From assembly GCA_035508775.1 (NCBI GenBank), contig DATJMI010000039.1, forward strand, positions 11,857-75,856: DNA of 64,000 nt, given 5' to 3'. This DNA comes from Candidatus Methylacidiphilales bacterium. Its GTDB lineage: Bacteria > Verrucomicrobiota > Verrucomicrobiia > Methylacidiphilales > UBA1321. The translations under genes and the position numbers were made by a program. This document shows positions 18,699 through 27,185 of the stretch, in pieces. The notes under the pieces are model-generated. The model saw nothing but the letters and a program-made list of their open reading frames with translations. It was not told the origin of the DNA and searched no databases. Each line of letters starts with the position of its first letter. Within the stretch, counting starts at the first letter, position 1.

Positions 18699-19712
18699 AT
18701 GGCCTATTCCGTGGCGGTTTACCTGGTAGGAGCGGTTGTTTTATTGCAGATTGGGATGTTGATTTCGGTCTTTTGGTTGCGGGCCATGGTTGTACCGGTC
18801 AGCGTCGCCCTTCCAAAGGGAGTAACGCCGCAACCTCTCCTATCGCCGTCCTCCGTAGTAATTAAATCTCCTATAGCTCCCCAACCGAAAGCGCCTCCGC
18901 TGCCTCCTCCCCTGCCCATCCTGCCAAGTATCGAAGAGGCGGAGGTACGCCCGGCGTTGCTCAGCGTGCCGGCGACTTCGGATCGGGTGACTCGCGTGAC
19001 AACCCTGAACGATGAAGCGCAGATTTTTGAGCATCACAACGATCTCGATACGGCCCTGGAGACGTTGATTAAGGCGGAGGACCTCGATCCACGCGGCCCG
19101 GTGACGCTGAAGAATCTCGCAGAGATTTATTATCTAAAGAACAACCCGGCGCAGTCAAAGATTTACTGGCAACGGTTGGTGGACCTCGGACCGGGCGTCG
19201 GCACGGTCTACGCCACGGCCAAGGATCATGTGCTGTTGCTCGACTCCAACGATGCCGCCAATCCGTTGAGACAACCTTCCGACCGCCGGCGCCTCCTTTA
19301 CGTCAACCACGTTGAAAAAACGCCGGTGGAGACCCTCAACGGCCAGCCTCAATTCCATTTGCGCGCCGAGCTTAAGCGAAAAGACCCGAACATGCCCGGC
19401 TTCAACCAGAAAAAATTGCAACCTTTTGTGGTATTTTATCAGATGATGCCGGACGGAACTCTCCTGCCTGACGTGGCTCAACACCGGGGCTCGTTTGAAA
19501 ATACGTTTCTGTTCTGGGGCAACACCAACAGCGAAGCCTTCGGTGTCGATTACATCATGCCGTTGCCGGGGTCGCGCGGCCCCACCGGCCAGCCAGTCGG
19601 TGAATATTATGGGTTCGTGATCGGGATTTATTACAACAAGGAACTCCAGGATTGTTACGCCGAGCCGGCCGACCTCGCTACCCGGATGCCCTTGCCGGCT
19701 GAGATTGAGTAG
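18699..19712 (+). CDS. Membrane-anchored TPR-containing hypothetical protein
   Basis: N-terminal TM, Pro-rich linker, TPR-like helices, C-terminal YYGFVIGIYY domain. Confidence 0.75.
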   Translation: MAYSVAVYLVGAVVLLQIGMLISVFWLRAMVVPVSVALPKGVTPQPLLSPSSVVIKSPIAPQPKAPPLPPPLPILPSIEEAEVRPALLSVPATSDRVTRVTTLNDEAQIFEHHNDLDTALETLIKAEDLDPRGPVTLKNLAEIYYLKNNPAQSKIYWQRLVDLGPGVGTVYATAKDHVLLLDSNDAANPLRQPSDRRRLLYVNHVEKTPVETLNGQPQFHLRAELKRKDPNMPGFNQKKLQPFVVFYQMMPDGTLLPDVAQHRGSFENTFLFWGNTNSEAFGVDYIMPLPGSRGPTGQPVGEYYGFVIGIYYNKELQDCYAEPADLATRMPLPAEIE

Positions 19713-19730
19713 AGGCTATCCAATTTTAAA

Positions 19731-19764
19731 TGTCCTCCCTTGGCCCGCTTATTCGTCGTATCTT
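19731..19764 (+). promoter_or_regulatory. Putative ECF-sigma promoter TGTCCT-N15-TTCGTCGTATCTT
   Basis: Same motif and spacing repeated at 22288; both lie directly upstream of yciI genes. Confidence 0.7.
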
Positions 19765-19805
19765 AGGAACGAACAAAACCATCAACGATCCAGAAAGAAA
19801 ATCAT

Positions 19806-20213
19806 ATGAACACACAAAAAGCAGAATATCTTTTGTTATTCCGGGACAACAATTGGCATAAGGGTCTCTCTCCCGAGGAGATGCAGCAGGTCGCCACCAG
19901 GTGGATGGCGTGGTTTGAACGCCTCAGCAAAGAGGGCAAGGCTCTCTCGGGGCGCCCGTTGCTGCCCGAAGGCAAGCTTGTCTCCGGCAAAAGCGGCCGC
20001 GTCGTGGCCGACGGGCCGTTCACGGAATCGAAGGAGGCCATTGGCGGTTATTTTCTTTTGCTGGTGGAGGGTGAGGACGAGGCGGTGGCAATTGCCCGGG
20101 AATGTCCAGGATTGGCTTATGGCTCTGTAGTCGAGGTAAGGCCCGTGGCCGAGGTATGCCCGGTCATGGAAGAAGCGCGTACCAGGGACGAATCTCTGGC
20201 GGCAAGAGCCTAG
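19806..20213 (+). CDS. YciI/DGPF-family protein
   Basis: VADGPFTESKEAIGGY, VEVRP. Confidence 0.92.
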   Translation: MNTQKAEYLLLFRDNNWHKGLSPEEMQQVATRWMAWFERLSKEGKALSGRPLLPEGKLVSGKSGRVVADGPFTESKEAIGGYFLLLVEGEDEAVAIARECPGLAYGSVVEVRPVAEVCPVMEEARTRDESLAARA

Positions 20214-20246
20214 TACTCTTATCGATGTTCCGCTGGAGAGTGCTTG

Positions 20247-20726
20247 ATGCACCTGCAAAAGATTACCCCTTTTCTGTGGTTCGACCATCAGGCCGAAGAG
20301 GCCATGAACTTCTATGTGTCGATCTTCGAAAATTCAGAAATCCTATCTATCACCCGTTATGGCGAGGCCGGTCCCGGGCCTAAGGGATCGGTGAAGATCG
20401 TGACAGCCGAACTCGATGGACAAAAATTCTTCGCACTTAACGGCGGACCTCATTTCAAATTCACACCGGCGATTTCGTTTTTTGTCAGTTGCAAGACACA
20501 AAGAGAGGTCGACGATTTTTGGGAGAAGCTTTCCGAGGGCGGCGAGGAAGTGCAATGCGGCTGGCTGAGAGACAAATTCGGCCTGTCGTGGCAAATTGTT
20601 CCAACGATCCTGATGGAGATGCTGAACGACGAGGATGACAAAAAGTCGGCCCGGGTCATGAAAGCGATGCTGCAAATGACCAAAATCGAGATCAAAGGTT
20701 TGGAACAGGCCTACGAACAAGAATAA
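20247..20726 (+). CDS. VOC family (PhnB / 3-dmu-9_3-mt) protein
   Basis: KITPFLWF, LNGGP.F, CGWLRDKFGLSWQ. Confidence 0.92.
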   Translation: MHLQKITPFLWFDHQAEEAMNFYVSIFENSEILSITRYGEAGPGPKGSVKIVTAELDGQKFFALNGGPHFKFTPAISFFVSCKTQREVDDFWEKLSEGGEEVQCGWLRDKFGLSWQIVPTILMEMLNDEDDKKSARVMKAMLQMTKIEIKGLEQAYEQE

Positions 20727-20742
20727 CAACCAAACAAAAATC

Positions 20743-21270
20743 ATGACCACAACCGAAACCGAACAATCCATTCTCAAACCCTTCGTTATTTCCCGTCTCC
20801 TCGAATCGCCACGAGATTTGGTGTTTGAGGCGTGGACGGAACGCGAGCGGATGCAACAGTGGTGGGGACCCAAGGGGGCCACTCTACTTGAAAGCAAACT
20901 CGATGCACGGCCCGGAGGCATTTTTCACTACCGCATGCAGTTGCCGAACGGCGTCGAAATGTGGGGCAAATGGGTCATCCGCGAAGTCGCCGGACCGCAA
21001 CGGCTTGTTTTCATCAATTCCTTTTCCGATGCCGCCGGCAAAACCACCCGGCATCCATTTCACCCCGTCTGGCCCTTGGAGATACTCACCACAGTTACTT
21101 TCGGGGAACAAAACGGCCAAACGCTGCTTACCATCGAATGGCTCCCCTTAAATCCGACGGAAGCGGAACGCAAGACCTTCGGTGAAAGCCATGAATCGAT
21201 GCAGAAAGGCTGGGGCGGAAGCCTGGATCAACTCGCCGATTGTCTGAAAAAGACCGGGCCGGGCGCGTAA
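20743..21270 (+). CDS. SRPBCC/AHSA1-like START-fold protein
   Basis: PRDLVFEAWT..WWGP, RPGG, GWGGSLDQL. Confidence 0.9.
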   Translation: MTTTETEQSILKPFVISRLLESPRDLVFEAWTERERMQQWWGPKGATLLESKLDARPGGIFHYRMQLPNGVEMWGKWVIREVAGPQRLVFINSFSDAAGKTTRHPFHPVWPLEILTTVTFGEQNGQTLLTIEWLPLNPTEAERKTFGESHESMQKGWGGSLDQLADCLKKTGPGA

Positions 21271-21331
21271 GCCCAAGCCCCCACGTTTTTCACCAAGCAA
21301 AAAATACCAACCACCAAGGAAAGGAACATCC

Positions 21332-21742
21332 ATGCAACTCAACCCTTATCTCAATTTCAACGGCAATTGCGAGGAAGCACTCAAATTCTACGAGAAAGCA
21401 CTCCCAGCAAAGATCGTCGTGTCGATGACCTATGGCGGCTCGCCGATGGCCAAACAGATGCCGCCGGAAGTCCATAACAAAATCATGCACGCGCGGCTCG
21501 ACGTGAAAGGCCAAACCATCATGGCCTCCGACGCGATGTGCGATCATTACGAGAAACCGACCGGCTTTAACATCACCCTGAACACGGACGATCCCGCCGA
21601 GGCGGAGCGCCTCTTCAAGGCGTTGTCGGAAAAGGGCAACATTTGCATGAAGCTGGAGGAAACCTTCTGGGCACAGCGCTTCGGCATGCTGGTCGATCAA
21701 TTCGGCATTCCCTGGATGATCAACTGCGAGAAAAAGAACTGA
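21332..21742 (+). CDS. VOC family PhnB-like protein
   Basis: LNPYLNFNGNCEEA, IMHA, FW..FG...DQFGIPWM. Confidence 0.92.
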   Translation: MQLNPYLNFNGNCEEALKFYEKALPAKIVVSMTYGGSPMAKQMPPEVHNKIMHARLDVKGQTIMASDAMCDHYEKPTGFNITLNTDDPAEAERLFKALSEKGNICMKLEETFWAQRFGMLVDQFGIPWMINCEKKN

Positions 21743-21875
21743 CTTTTCAGTCTGGCGCGCTGCCTACAGAATAAGGGATAGGCTACTTTTCATGTCCTCG
21801 GAAAAACTCCGCGCCGCATGAAAGGGCGCCTATTTCCTTTTCCGTTTTGAGAAACCCACCCCAGAAAAGGACGCC

Positions 21876-22286
21876 ATGAGCAGCAAAAAGAAAACCAAGC
21901 CGAAAAAGAAAAAAGCAAATTCAGCCCGCCTCGTCTGGTTCGAGATTCCGGCTGATGATATCGACCGCGCCAGGATGTTTTACAGCAAGCTGTTTGGCTG
22001 GAAGATCGAAAAGTTTCCCGATCCGATAGAATATTGGGAGATCGACACCGGCGCGGGCGACCGCGCCATCCACGGCGGGATGATGAAGCGCCAGCACCCG
22101 CAACACGGCGTGACCAACTACATCAGCGTGCCGTCGGTGAACCGGTACGTGGCAAAGATCGAGAAGCTCGGCGGCAAAGTTTATATGCCCAAAACCGCGG
22201 TGCCACGCATGGGCTACTTCGCCGTTTGCGGGGACCTGGAAAACAACGCTTTCGCCATCTGGGAAATGAACGAAAAAGCAAAATAG
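21876..22286 (+). CDS. VOC glyoxalase/bleomycin-resistance family protein
   Basis: VWFEIPADD..RA..FY..LFGW, GYFA..D.E.N.F..WE. Confidence 0.9.
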   Translation: MSSKKKTKPKKKKANSARLVWFEIPADDIDRARMFYSKLFGWKIEKFPDPIEYWEIDTGAGDRAIHGGMMKRQHPQHGVTNYISVPSVNRYVAKIEKLGGKVYMPKTAVPRMGYFAVCGDLENNAFAIWEMNEKAK

Positions 22287-22287
22287 T

Positions 22288-22321
22288 TGTCCTGAATGCT
22301 TCCGCCTGTTCGTCGTATCTT
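22288..22321 (+). promoter_or_regulatory. Second putative ECF-sigma promoter TGTCCT-N15-TTCGTCGTATCTT
   Basis: Identical flanking boxes and spacing to 19731 copy. Confidence 0.7.
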
Positions 22322-22352
22322 TGAAGGAATCAACCCACCAAAGAAAGAAACC

Positions 22353-22769
22353 ATGATGAATACCGAAACACAAAATCAGTACCTGTTACTCTTCCGCGGC
22401 GCCGAATGGTATACTAATGCCTCGCCCGAAGAGATTCAGGCGGCCGTGGCCAAATTCAAGGCCTGGTTCGAAAGCTTGAATGCGAAGGGCATTGTCCGGG
22501 GAGCACAGCCGCTCGTCCGGGAGGGAAAAATCGTTTCCGGCAAGAATGGCTCCATCGTTGCGGATGGGCCGTTTGCGGAGTCGAAGGAAACCATCGGCGG
22601 CTATTTCCTGCTTGCCGTTGAGAGCCTTGAGGAAGCCGTCGCCGTGGCCAAGGCTTCACCGGCCCTGGAGTATGGAACGCAGATTGAAGTCCGGCCCGTC
22701 GCGGAGGAATGTCCGCTCATGGCCCGCGCCCGGGAGCTGACACCCGATCTTGCGCTTGCGACGGCTTGA
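22353..22769 (+). CDS. YciI/DGPF-family protein (paralog of 19806)
   Basis: ADGPFAESKETIGGY, IEVRP. Confidence 0.92.
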   Translation: MMNTETQNQYLLLFRGAEWYTNASPEEIQAAVAKFKAWFESLNAKGIVRGAQPLVREGKIVSGKNGSIVADGPFAESKETIGGYFLLAVESLEEAVAVAKASPALEYGTQIEVRPVAEECPLMARARELTPDLALATA

Positions 22770-22792
22770 GTTCCGGGCCACTGTTCCAAGCA

Positions 22793-24076
22793 GTGAACCC
22801 GCCCGAGAGCAACGATCCATCTCCACCATCCGGGGAAGTTTCCCGGGTGGTGGAGCATCTTTTCCGCCACGAGGCGGGGAAGATGATGGCCACGCTGGCG
22901 AGGATTTTCGGCGTCGAACATCTCACCCTGGCGGAAGACGTCGTGCAGGAGGCGCTGGCGCGGGCTTTGCAAACGTGGCCCTTCTATGGCGTGCCGGAGA
23001 ATCCATCCGCCTGGATCATGCGCGCATCCCGCAATCTCGCGCTGGACGTGGTGCGGCGCGCAAAAGTTTTCCGCGACAAGGAAGCCGAGATTATCCATTC
23101 GATGGAGGGAACGGCGCCACGCGCGGAGATTTTCACCGAGCAGGAAATCGCCGACGACCGGCTGCGGTTGATGTTTGTTTGCTGCCATCCCCTGGTGCCG
23201 GAGGAGGCGCAGGCCGCGCTCGCGTTGAAGATCCTTTGCGGTTTCAGCATCACGGAAATCAGCCGGGCTTTTTTAACCACGGAGGCGGCGATCGCCAAGC
23301 GCTTGACCCGGGCCCGGCAGAAAATCCGCGAATCGCATATTCCTTTCGAAATTCCCACCGGGCCGGAGCTGGCCCGGCGGCTGGACGGCGTTTTACGCTC
23401 GATCTACCTTCTTTTCAATGAAGGCTACAATGCCTCCAGCGGCGAGAGGCTGATCCGGGAAGAGATTTGCCGGGAAGCGATCCGGCTGGCCGGGCTGCTC
23501 GTGGAGCATCCCGTGGGTCGCCAGCCCAAAACCCATGCGCTGCTCGCTTTGATGCTGCTCAACAGCGCCCGCTTTCCGGCGCGAACGGACGAGGAAGGGA
23601 ATCTGCTTTTGCTCCAGGACCAGGACCGGACGCAATGGGACCGGGCGACAATCGCGCGGGGCATGCATCACTTCGCCCAATCGGCCGCCGGCGAGGAAAT
23701 CTCCGAATATCATCTTCAGGCCGGCATTGCCGCCTGTCACTGCGCGGCGAAGGATTACGCATCGACCGACTGGAAACAGATTCTCTCGTTTTACGACGCA
23801 TTAGTTCCTTTCGACCACTCGCCGGTGGCCGCGCTGAACCGGGCGGTTGCGGTGGCCAATCTGCGCGGTCCCGATGCCGGGCTGGAAGCCATCGCCGCTA
23901 TGCGGGACCGAGACAAGTTAAGCTCTTATTATCTTCTTCACGCGGTGACCGGCGAATTGGAATCGCGGCGGAACCGTGGAGAAACCGCCGCCCGTCATTT
24001 TCAAGAGGCGCTGCGTCTTACCGAGAGCCGGTCCGAGCGTGCCTTTCTGGAAAAGAAACTGCTAAGTCTTCAGTAG
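22793..24076 (+). CDS. ECF sigma-70 factor with C-terminal TPR extension (ECF42-type)
   Basis: AEDVVQEA..A...WP..GVP.NP, DDRLRLMFVCCHP, IYLLFNEGY; adjacent DGPF genes. Confidence 0.9.
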   Translation: MNPPESNDPSPPSGEVSRVVEHLFRHEAGKMMATLARIFGVEHLTLAEDVVQEALARALQTWPFYGVPENPSAWIMRASRNLALDVVRRAKVFRDKEAEIIHSMEGTAPRAEIFTEQEIADDRLRLMFVCCHPLVPEEAQAALALKILCGFSITEISRAFLTTEAAIAKRLTRARQKIRESHIPFEIPTGPELARRLDGVLRSIYLLFNEGYNASSGERLIREEICREAIRLAGLLVEHPVGRQPKTHALLALMLLNSARFPARTDEEGNLLLLQDQDRTQWDRATIARGMHHFAQSAAGEEISEYHLQAGIAACHCAAKDYASTDWKQILSFYDALVPFDHSPVAALNRAVAVANLRGPDAGLEAIAAMRDRDKLSSYYLLHAVTGELESRRNRGETAARHFQEALRLTESRSERAFLEKKLLSLQ

Positions 24077-24079
24077 CAT

Positions 24080-24128
24080 GCCGTTGAAAACCCGGCTCCC
24101 ATACAGTCTATGTCTGCTTTTCAACAGC
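24080..24128. repeat. Short inverted repeat GCCGTTGAAAA...TTTTCAACAGC (mini-MITE or hairpin)
   Basis: 10/11 IR immediately after the sigma stop codon. Confidence 0.45.
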
Positions 24129-24366
24129 CTTTACTCAATCCAGCGAGTCACGGGAACGATGAACGGACCGCTGGTGATGGGAGCCCAGGAGGGATCGGCG
24201 TCCTGCTTGAGGGTTCCGGTTCCACTGGCAACCTTCCGGCGGACACGCAGCCAGCCAATGTCGGGCAGTGTTTGTGTGGTGGGATGTGATTGGTGTGAGG
24301 GTGTGAGTTGATGGAACATAAGGTTATCTAGTTGACTGGTTGGTTTAATTCATTGACAAAAAAAAT

Positions 24367-24981
24367 TTAGGCAGCGGCTGACTCGGTAACCCGAATGTTG
24401 AGCAGACGGGAAACCCCTTTCCAGAGGCTCTCCACTATTTTGGGGTTGTTCTCGATTTTGGCTCGAAGCAGGACTCCCGTCACATAAGAATATATCTCCT
24501 GGGATGTCTCCTTCGGATCACCCAGGGGAATCTGTCCGTTCTCCATAAGTTCCCGAATGGCTGGTTCGAGGTATCGAATCGACCGGCCGCTTAATTCCTC
24601 GACCTTGCGCCGAATATTTTCATCCTGCGTACTCAGCTCGCAGCCGAGAGAGCAAAACGGGCAGCCCAGCAACTTGCCGAAGGTCTTGTACTTCTCAAGT
24701 TGATCGTTGATGATGCGGTTACAAAACATCTCAAGACGTTGCAACGGAGGAACCTGCACGGAAAATATCTGATCGAGATATACTCGTTTGCCATCCCAAT
24801 AATACTCAAAGGCAGCAATGGCAAGGTCAGACTTTGACTTGAAAGCGTAATAAAAGCTGCCTTTTTTCACACCGGCGCGCTCACAAATGTCTTCGACGCT
24901 GACAGAGCCGTAACTGCTTTCCCAAATCATTTCCACTGCCACTTTGAGCAGCTTGATCTTGGTTTCGCTTTCCTGCTTCAC
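24367..24981 (-). CDS. TetR family regulator (NemR/LmrA-like)
   Basis: HTH SV.DIC..AGV.KGSFYY.FKSK, GCPF..LG.E; likely GTG start 24981. Confidence 0.9.
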   Translation of the reverse strand: MKQESETKIKLLKVAVEMIWESSYGSVSVEDICERAGVKKGSFYYAFKSKSDLAIAAFEYYWDGKRVYLDQIFSVQVPPLQRLEMFCNRIINDQLEKYKTFGKLLGCPFCSLGCELSTQDENIRRKVEELSGRSIRYLEPAIRELMENGQIPLGDPKETSQEIYSYVTGVLLRAKIENNPKIVESLWKGVSRLLNIRVTESAAA

Positions 24982-24994
24982 GCCGACAATGTAG

Positions 24995-25010
24995 TTGACT
25001 AGTCGGTCAA
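24995..25010. promoter_or_regulatory. Probable TetR operator TTGACTAGTCGGTCAA
   Basis: Imperfect 16-bp palindrome just upstream of the tetR start; related site TTGACTGGTTGGTTTA at 24332-24347. Confidence 0.65.
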
Positions 25011-25179
25011 ACGCAAGTGTTTTTTGCATTTTTTGGGAATATGACTCACATGCTTATTTTGAGTCTGGCCGGCAGCAGAGCCATCCTTTTTAAAATCGCC
25101 CTTGGGCAAGTTGTCAATTTGCCGGCCGGCGGCTAAAACTGTCGTGGTAAATCGCCCCTTCATCCTTATCTGAATTCTG

Positions 25180-25663
25180 ATGAAAAAGTCACTGGCCATT
25201 CCCTTTATCATTTCAGGGCGGACAAACCGGCGCGGACCGGGCGGCGCTCGATTGGGCGATTCAGCATGGCATTGCCCACGGAGGCTGGTGTCCCAAGGGC
25301 CGTCTGGCGGAAGATGGAACTATTTCCCCGATTTACCGGCTGAGGGAATCTCCTTCAGCCGATTATCTTCAGCGGACGGAATGGAACGTCCGCGACTCGG
25401 ATGGGACGGTGATTTTTTCGATGGCTGGAACGCTTTCCGGCGGTTCGGAAGCGACCGCTGAATTTGCCCGCCGTTATGGCAAACCGTTCCTGCATCTGGC
25501 GCACGGGGAACGGCCCCGGCATCCTGAAACGTTACGCGATTTTGCCTTCGATGAAGGCATCAAACGCCTCAACATTGCCGGACCAAGAGCCAGTACCGAG
25601 CCGGAAGTGGGAGAATTTGTCAGAAGCGTTCTGGAGGCGGCGTTTTTTCCGGCAGAGAGGTAG
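25180..25663 (+). pseudogene. Putative molybdenum-carrier (MoCo_carrier) family protein with +1 frameshift
   Basis: Removing one G at 25216-25218 joins IISG to GQTGADRAALD..GGWCPKGRLAEDG..NVRDSDGT..LNIAGPRAS. Confidence 0.8.
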
Positions 25664-25757
25664 GGGGCTGTCGGAAAAGGCTATCCGAAAATATTTCACA
25701 CTTTTGTAACCCAAAACTCGTTAATCCGAGTTATGATTGGCCGATTCTTATTATTTT

Positions 25758-27137
25758 ATGGCCACACATCGCGCTCATCACATTAAGTATTTGGCGGGAA
25801 ACAAGAGAAACCCAACCTCGCTTGCACCGGATGACAATAGCGAGCCGGATTTGACCGGAGGACCCCGGTTCGCTCAACCGGCGCCGACGCCCGATCCGGC
25901 CAAATTCACGGTAAGGCATGGCTCGGACAAACAGGCTTACGCCATTCTCGACAGCCAGCAAGGAACCCTGCTGCCACGCGAAATTCCCCAAGGCCCCAGC
26001 CCTGAGCCACGCATGTCGCTCGCCGATGCGATCGGGGAACAAGGGCCGGCGGTGCTCAAGGCGATTAAAAATGCCGGACAGATTGTTTTTCATGCCCTGG
26101 GAGATACGGGAAATACCCGCGGCTCCCAGGATGAAGACCTCATGACCGACAAACTGGGCAGCGATTTCCAAAACGAAGATCCCCGTGCCGTGCCCTCGTT
26201 TTGTTACAATTTGGGAGACGTCGTCTATAGCTTTGGTGAAGCCCAATACTATTACGATCAGTTTTATGATCCTTATCGCGATTATCCCGCGCCCATTTTC
26301 GCGATTGCCGGGAATCACGACGGCATGGTGGCGCCCAACTCATCTACTCCCACGCTTCAGGCGTTTCTCGATAATTTTTGCGCTTATAACCAGCCGTTTC
26401 ATCGCACCCCCGAAGCCGGCAACCTGGTTCGAACGGCGGGGCGGCAGCCCGGCGTCTACTTTACCCTGGAAGCTCCTTTCGTCCGCATTCTCGGCCTTTA
26501 CAGCAATTGTCTCGAAGACCCCGGGGTCATTTCCAGCCAGAGCAATTCGGCGCAAAAATATCCGTGTCTCACCGATGTCCAACTCGATTTTTTGACCGCG
26601 GCCCTGAAGCGGGTCAAAACCGAAAAATTCCCCGGGGCGCTGCTCATCGCCGTTCATCATCCACCTTACGTGGCCGTGACGCCCAAGGACCGCACGGTGG
26701 GACGGCACAGCGGCAGTCCCCTCATGCTGGCCGATATCGATGAAACTTGCGCTGAAACCGGAGTCTGGCCTCATGCCATTTTATCCGGTCACGCCCATAA
26801 CTACCAACGGTTCACCCGGCTCTATCAAGGCCGCGAAACTCCGTTCGTGATTTGCGGTAATGGAGGCCACGCGCACACCCGGCTGACCAAGAAGGGAACC
26901 GCGGCTCTTCGCACTCCCATGACGGAGCCGCTCCTTTCCAACGGAACCGACGAGGTTGTTTTTGAAAATTATGACGACACCGATTTTGGCTATCTTCGCG
27001 TCATCGTGGACAAAAAGCAGTTGCGCATCGAATACCATCCGGCCGCGGATGGCGATGCCGCGAAAACGCCGGATGATTCGGTGACGGTGGACCTCGCGTC
27101 CCGCAAGCTCATCCACTACCAGGCGGCCTCCGGTTAA
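25758..27137 (+). CDS. Calcineurin-like metallophosphoesterase (purple acid phosphatase-like)
   Basis: GDTG, GDVVY, GNHD, HHP, GHAH motifs. Confidence 0.88.
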   Translation: MATHRAHHIKYLAGNKRNPTSLAPDDNSEPDLTGGPRFAQPAPTPDPAKFTVRHGSDKQAYAILDSQQGTLLPREIPQGPSPEPRMSLADAIGEQGPAVLKAIKNAGQIVFHALGDTGNTRGSQDEDLMTDKLGSDFQNEDPRAVPSFCYNLGDVVYSFGEAQYYYDQFYDPYRDYPAPIFAIAGNHDGMVAPNSSTPTLQAFLDNFCAYNQPFHRTPEAGNLVRTAGRQPGVYFTLEAPFVRILGLYSNCLEDPGVISSQSNSAQKYPCLTDVQLDFLTAALKRVKTEKFPGALLIAVHHPPYVAVTPKDRTVGRHSGSPLMLADIDETCAETGVWPHAILSGHAHNYQRFTRLYQGRETPFVICGNGGHAHTRLTKKGTAALRTPMTEPLLSNGTDEVVFENYDDTDFGYLRVIVDKKQLRIEYHPAADGDAAKTPDDSVTVDLASRKLIHYQAASG

Positions 27138-27185
27138 CCAGAGGCTGTCCGAAAACCAAATTCCTTCTTTCCCTGCCTCGCCCCC

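Noticed and set aside
21743-21875. Third TGTCCT box (21792) and possible gene remnant
   Set aside because: Lacks the downstream TTCGTCGTATC box at the required spacing; remnant not identifiable
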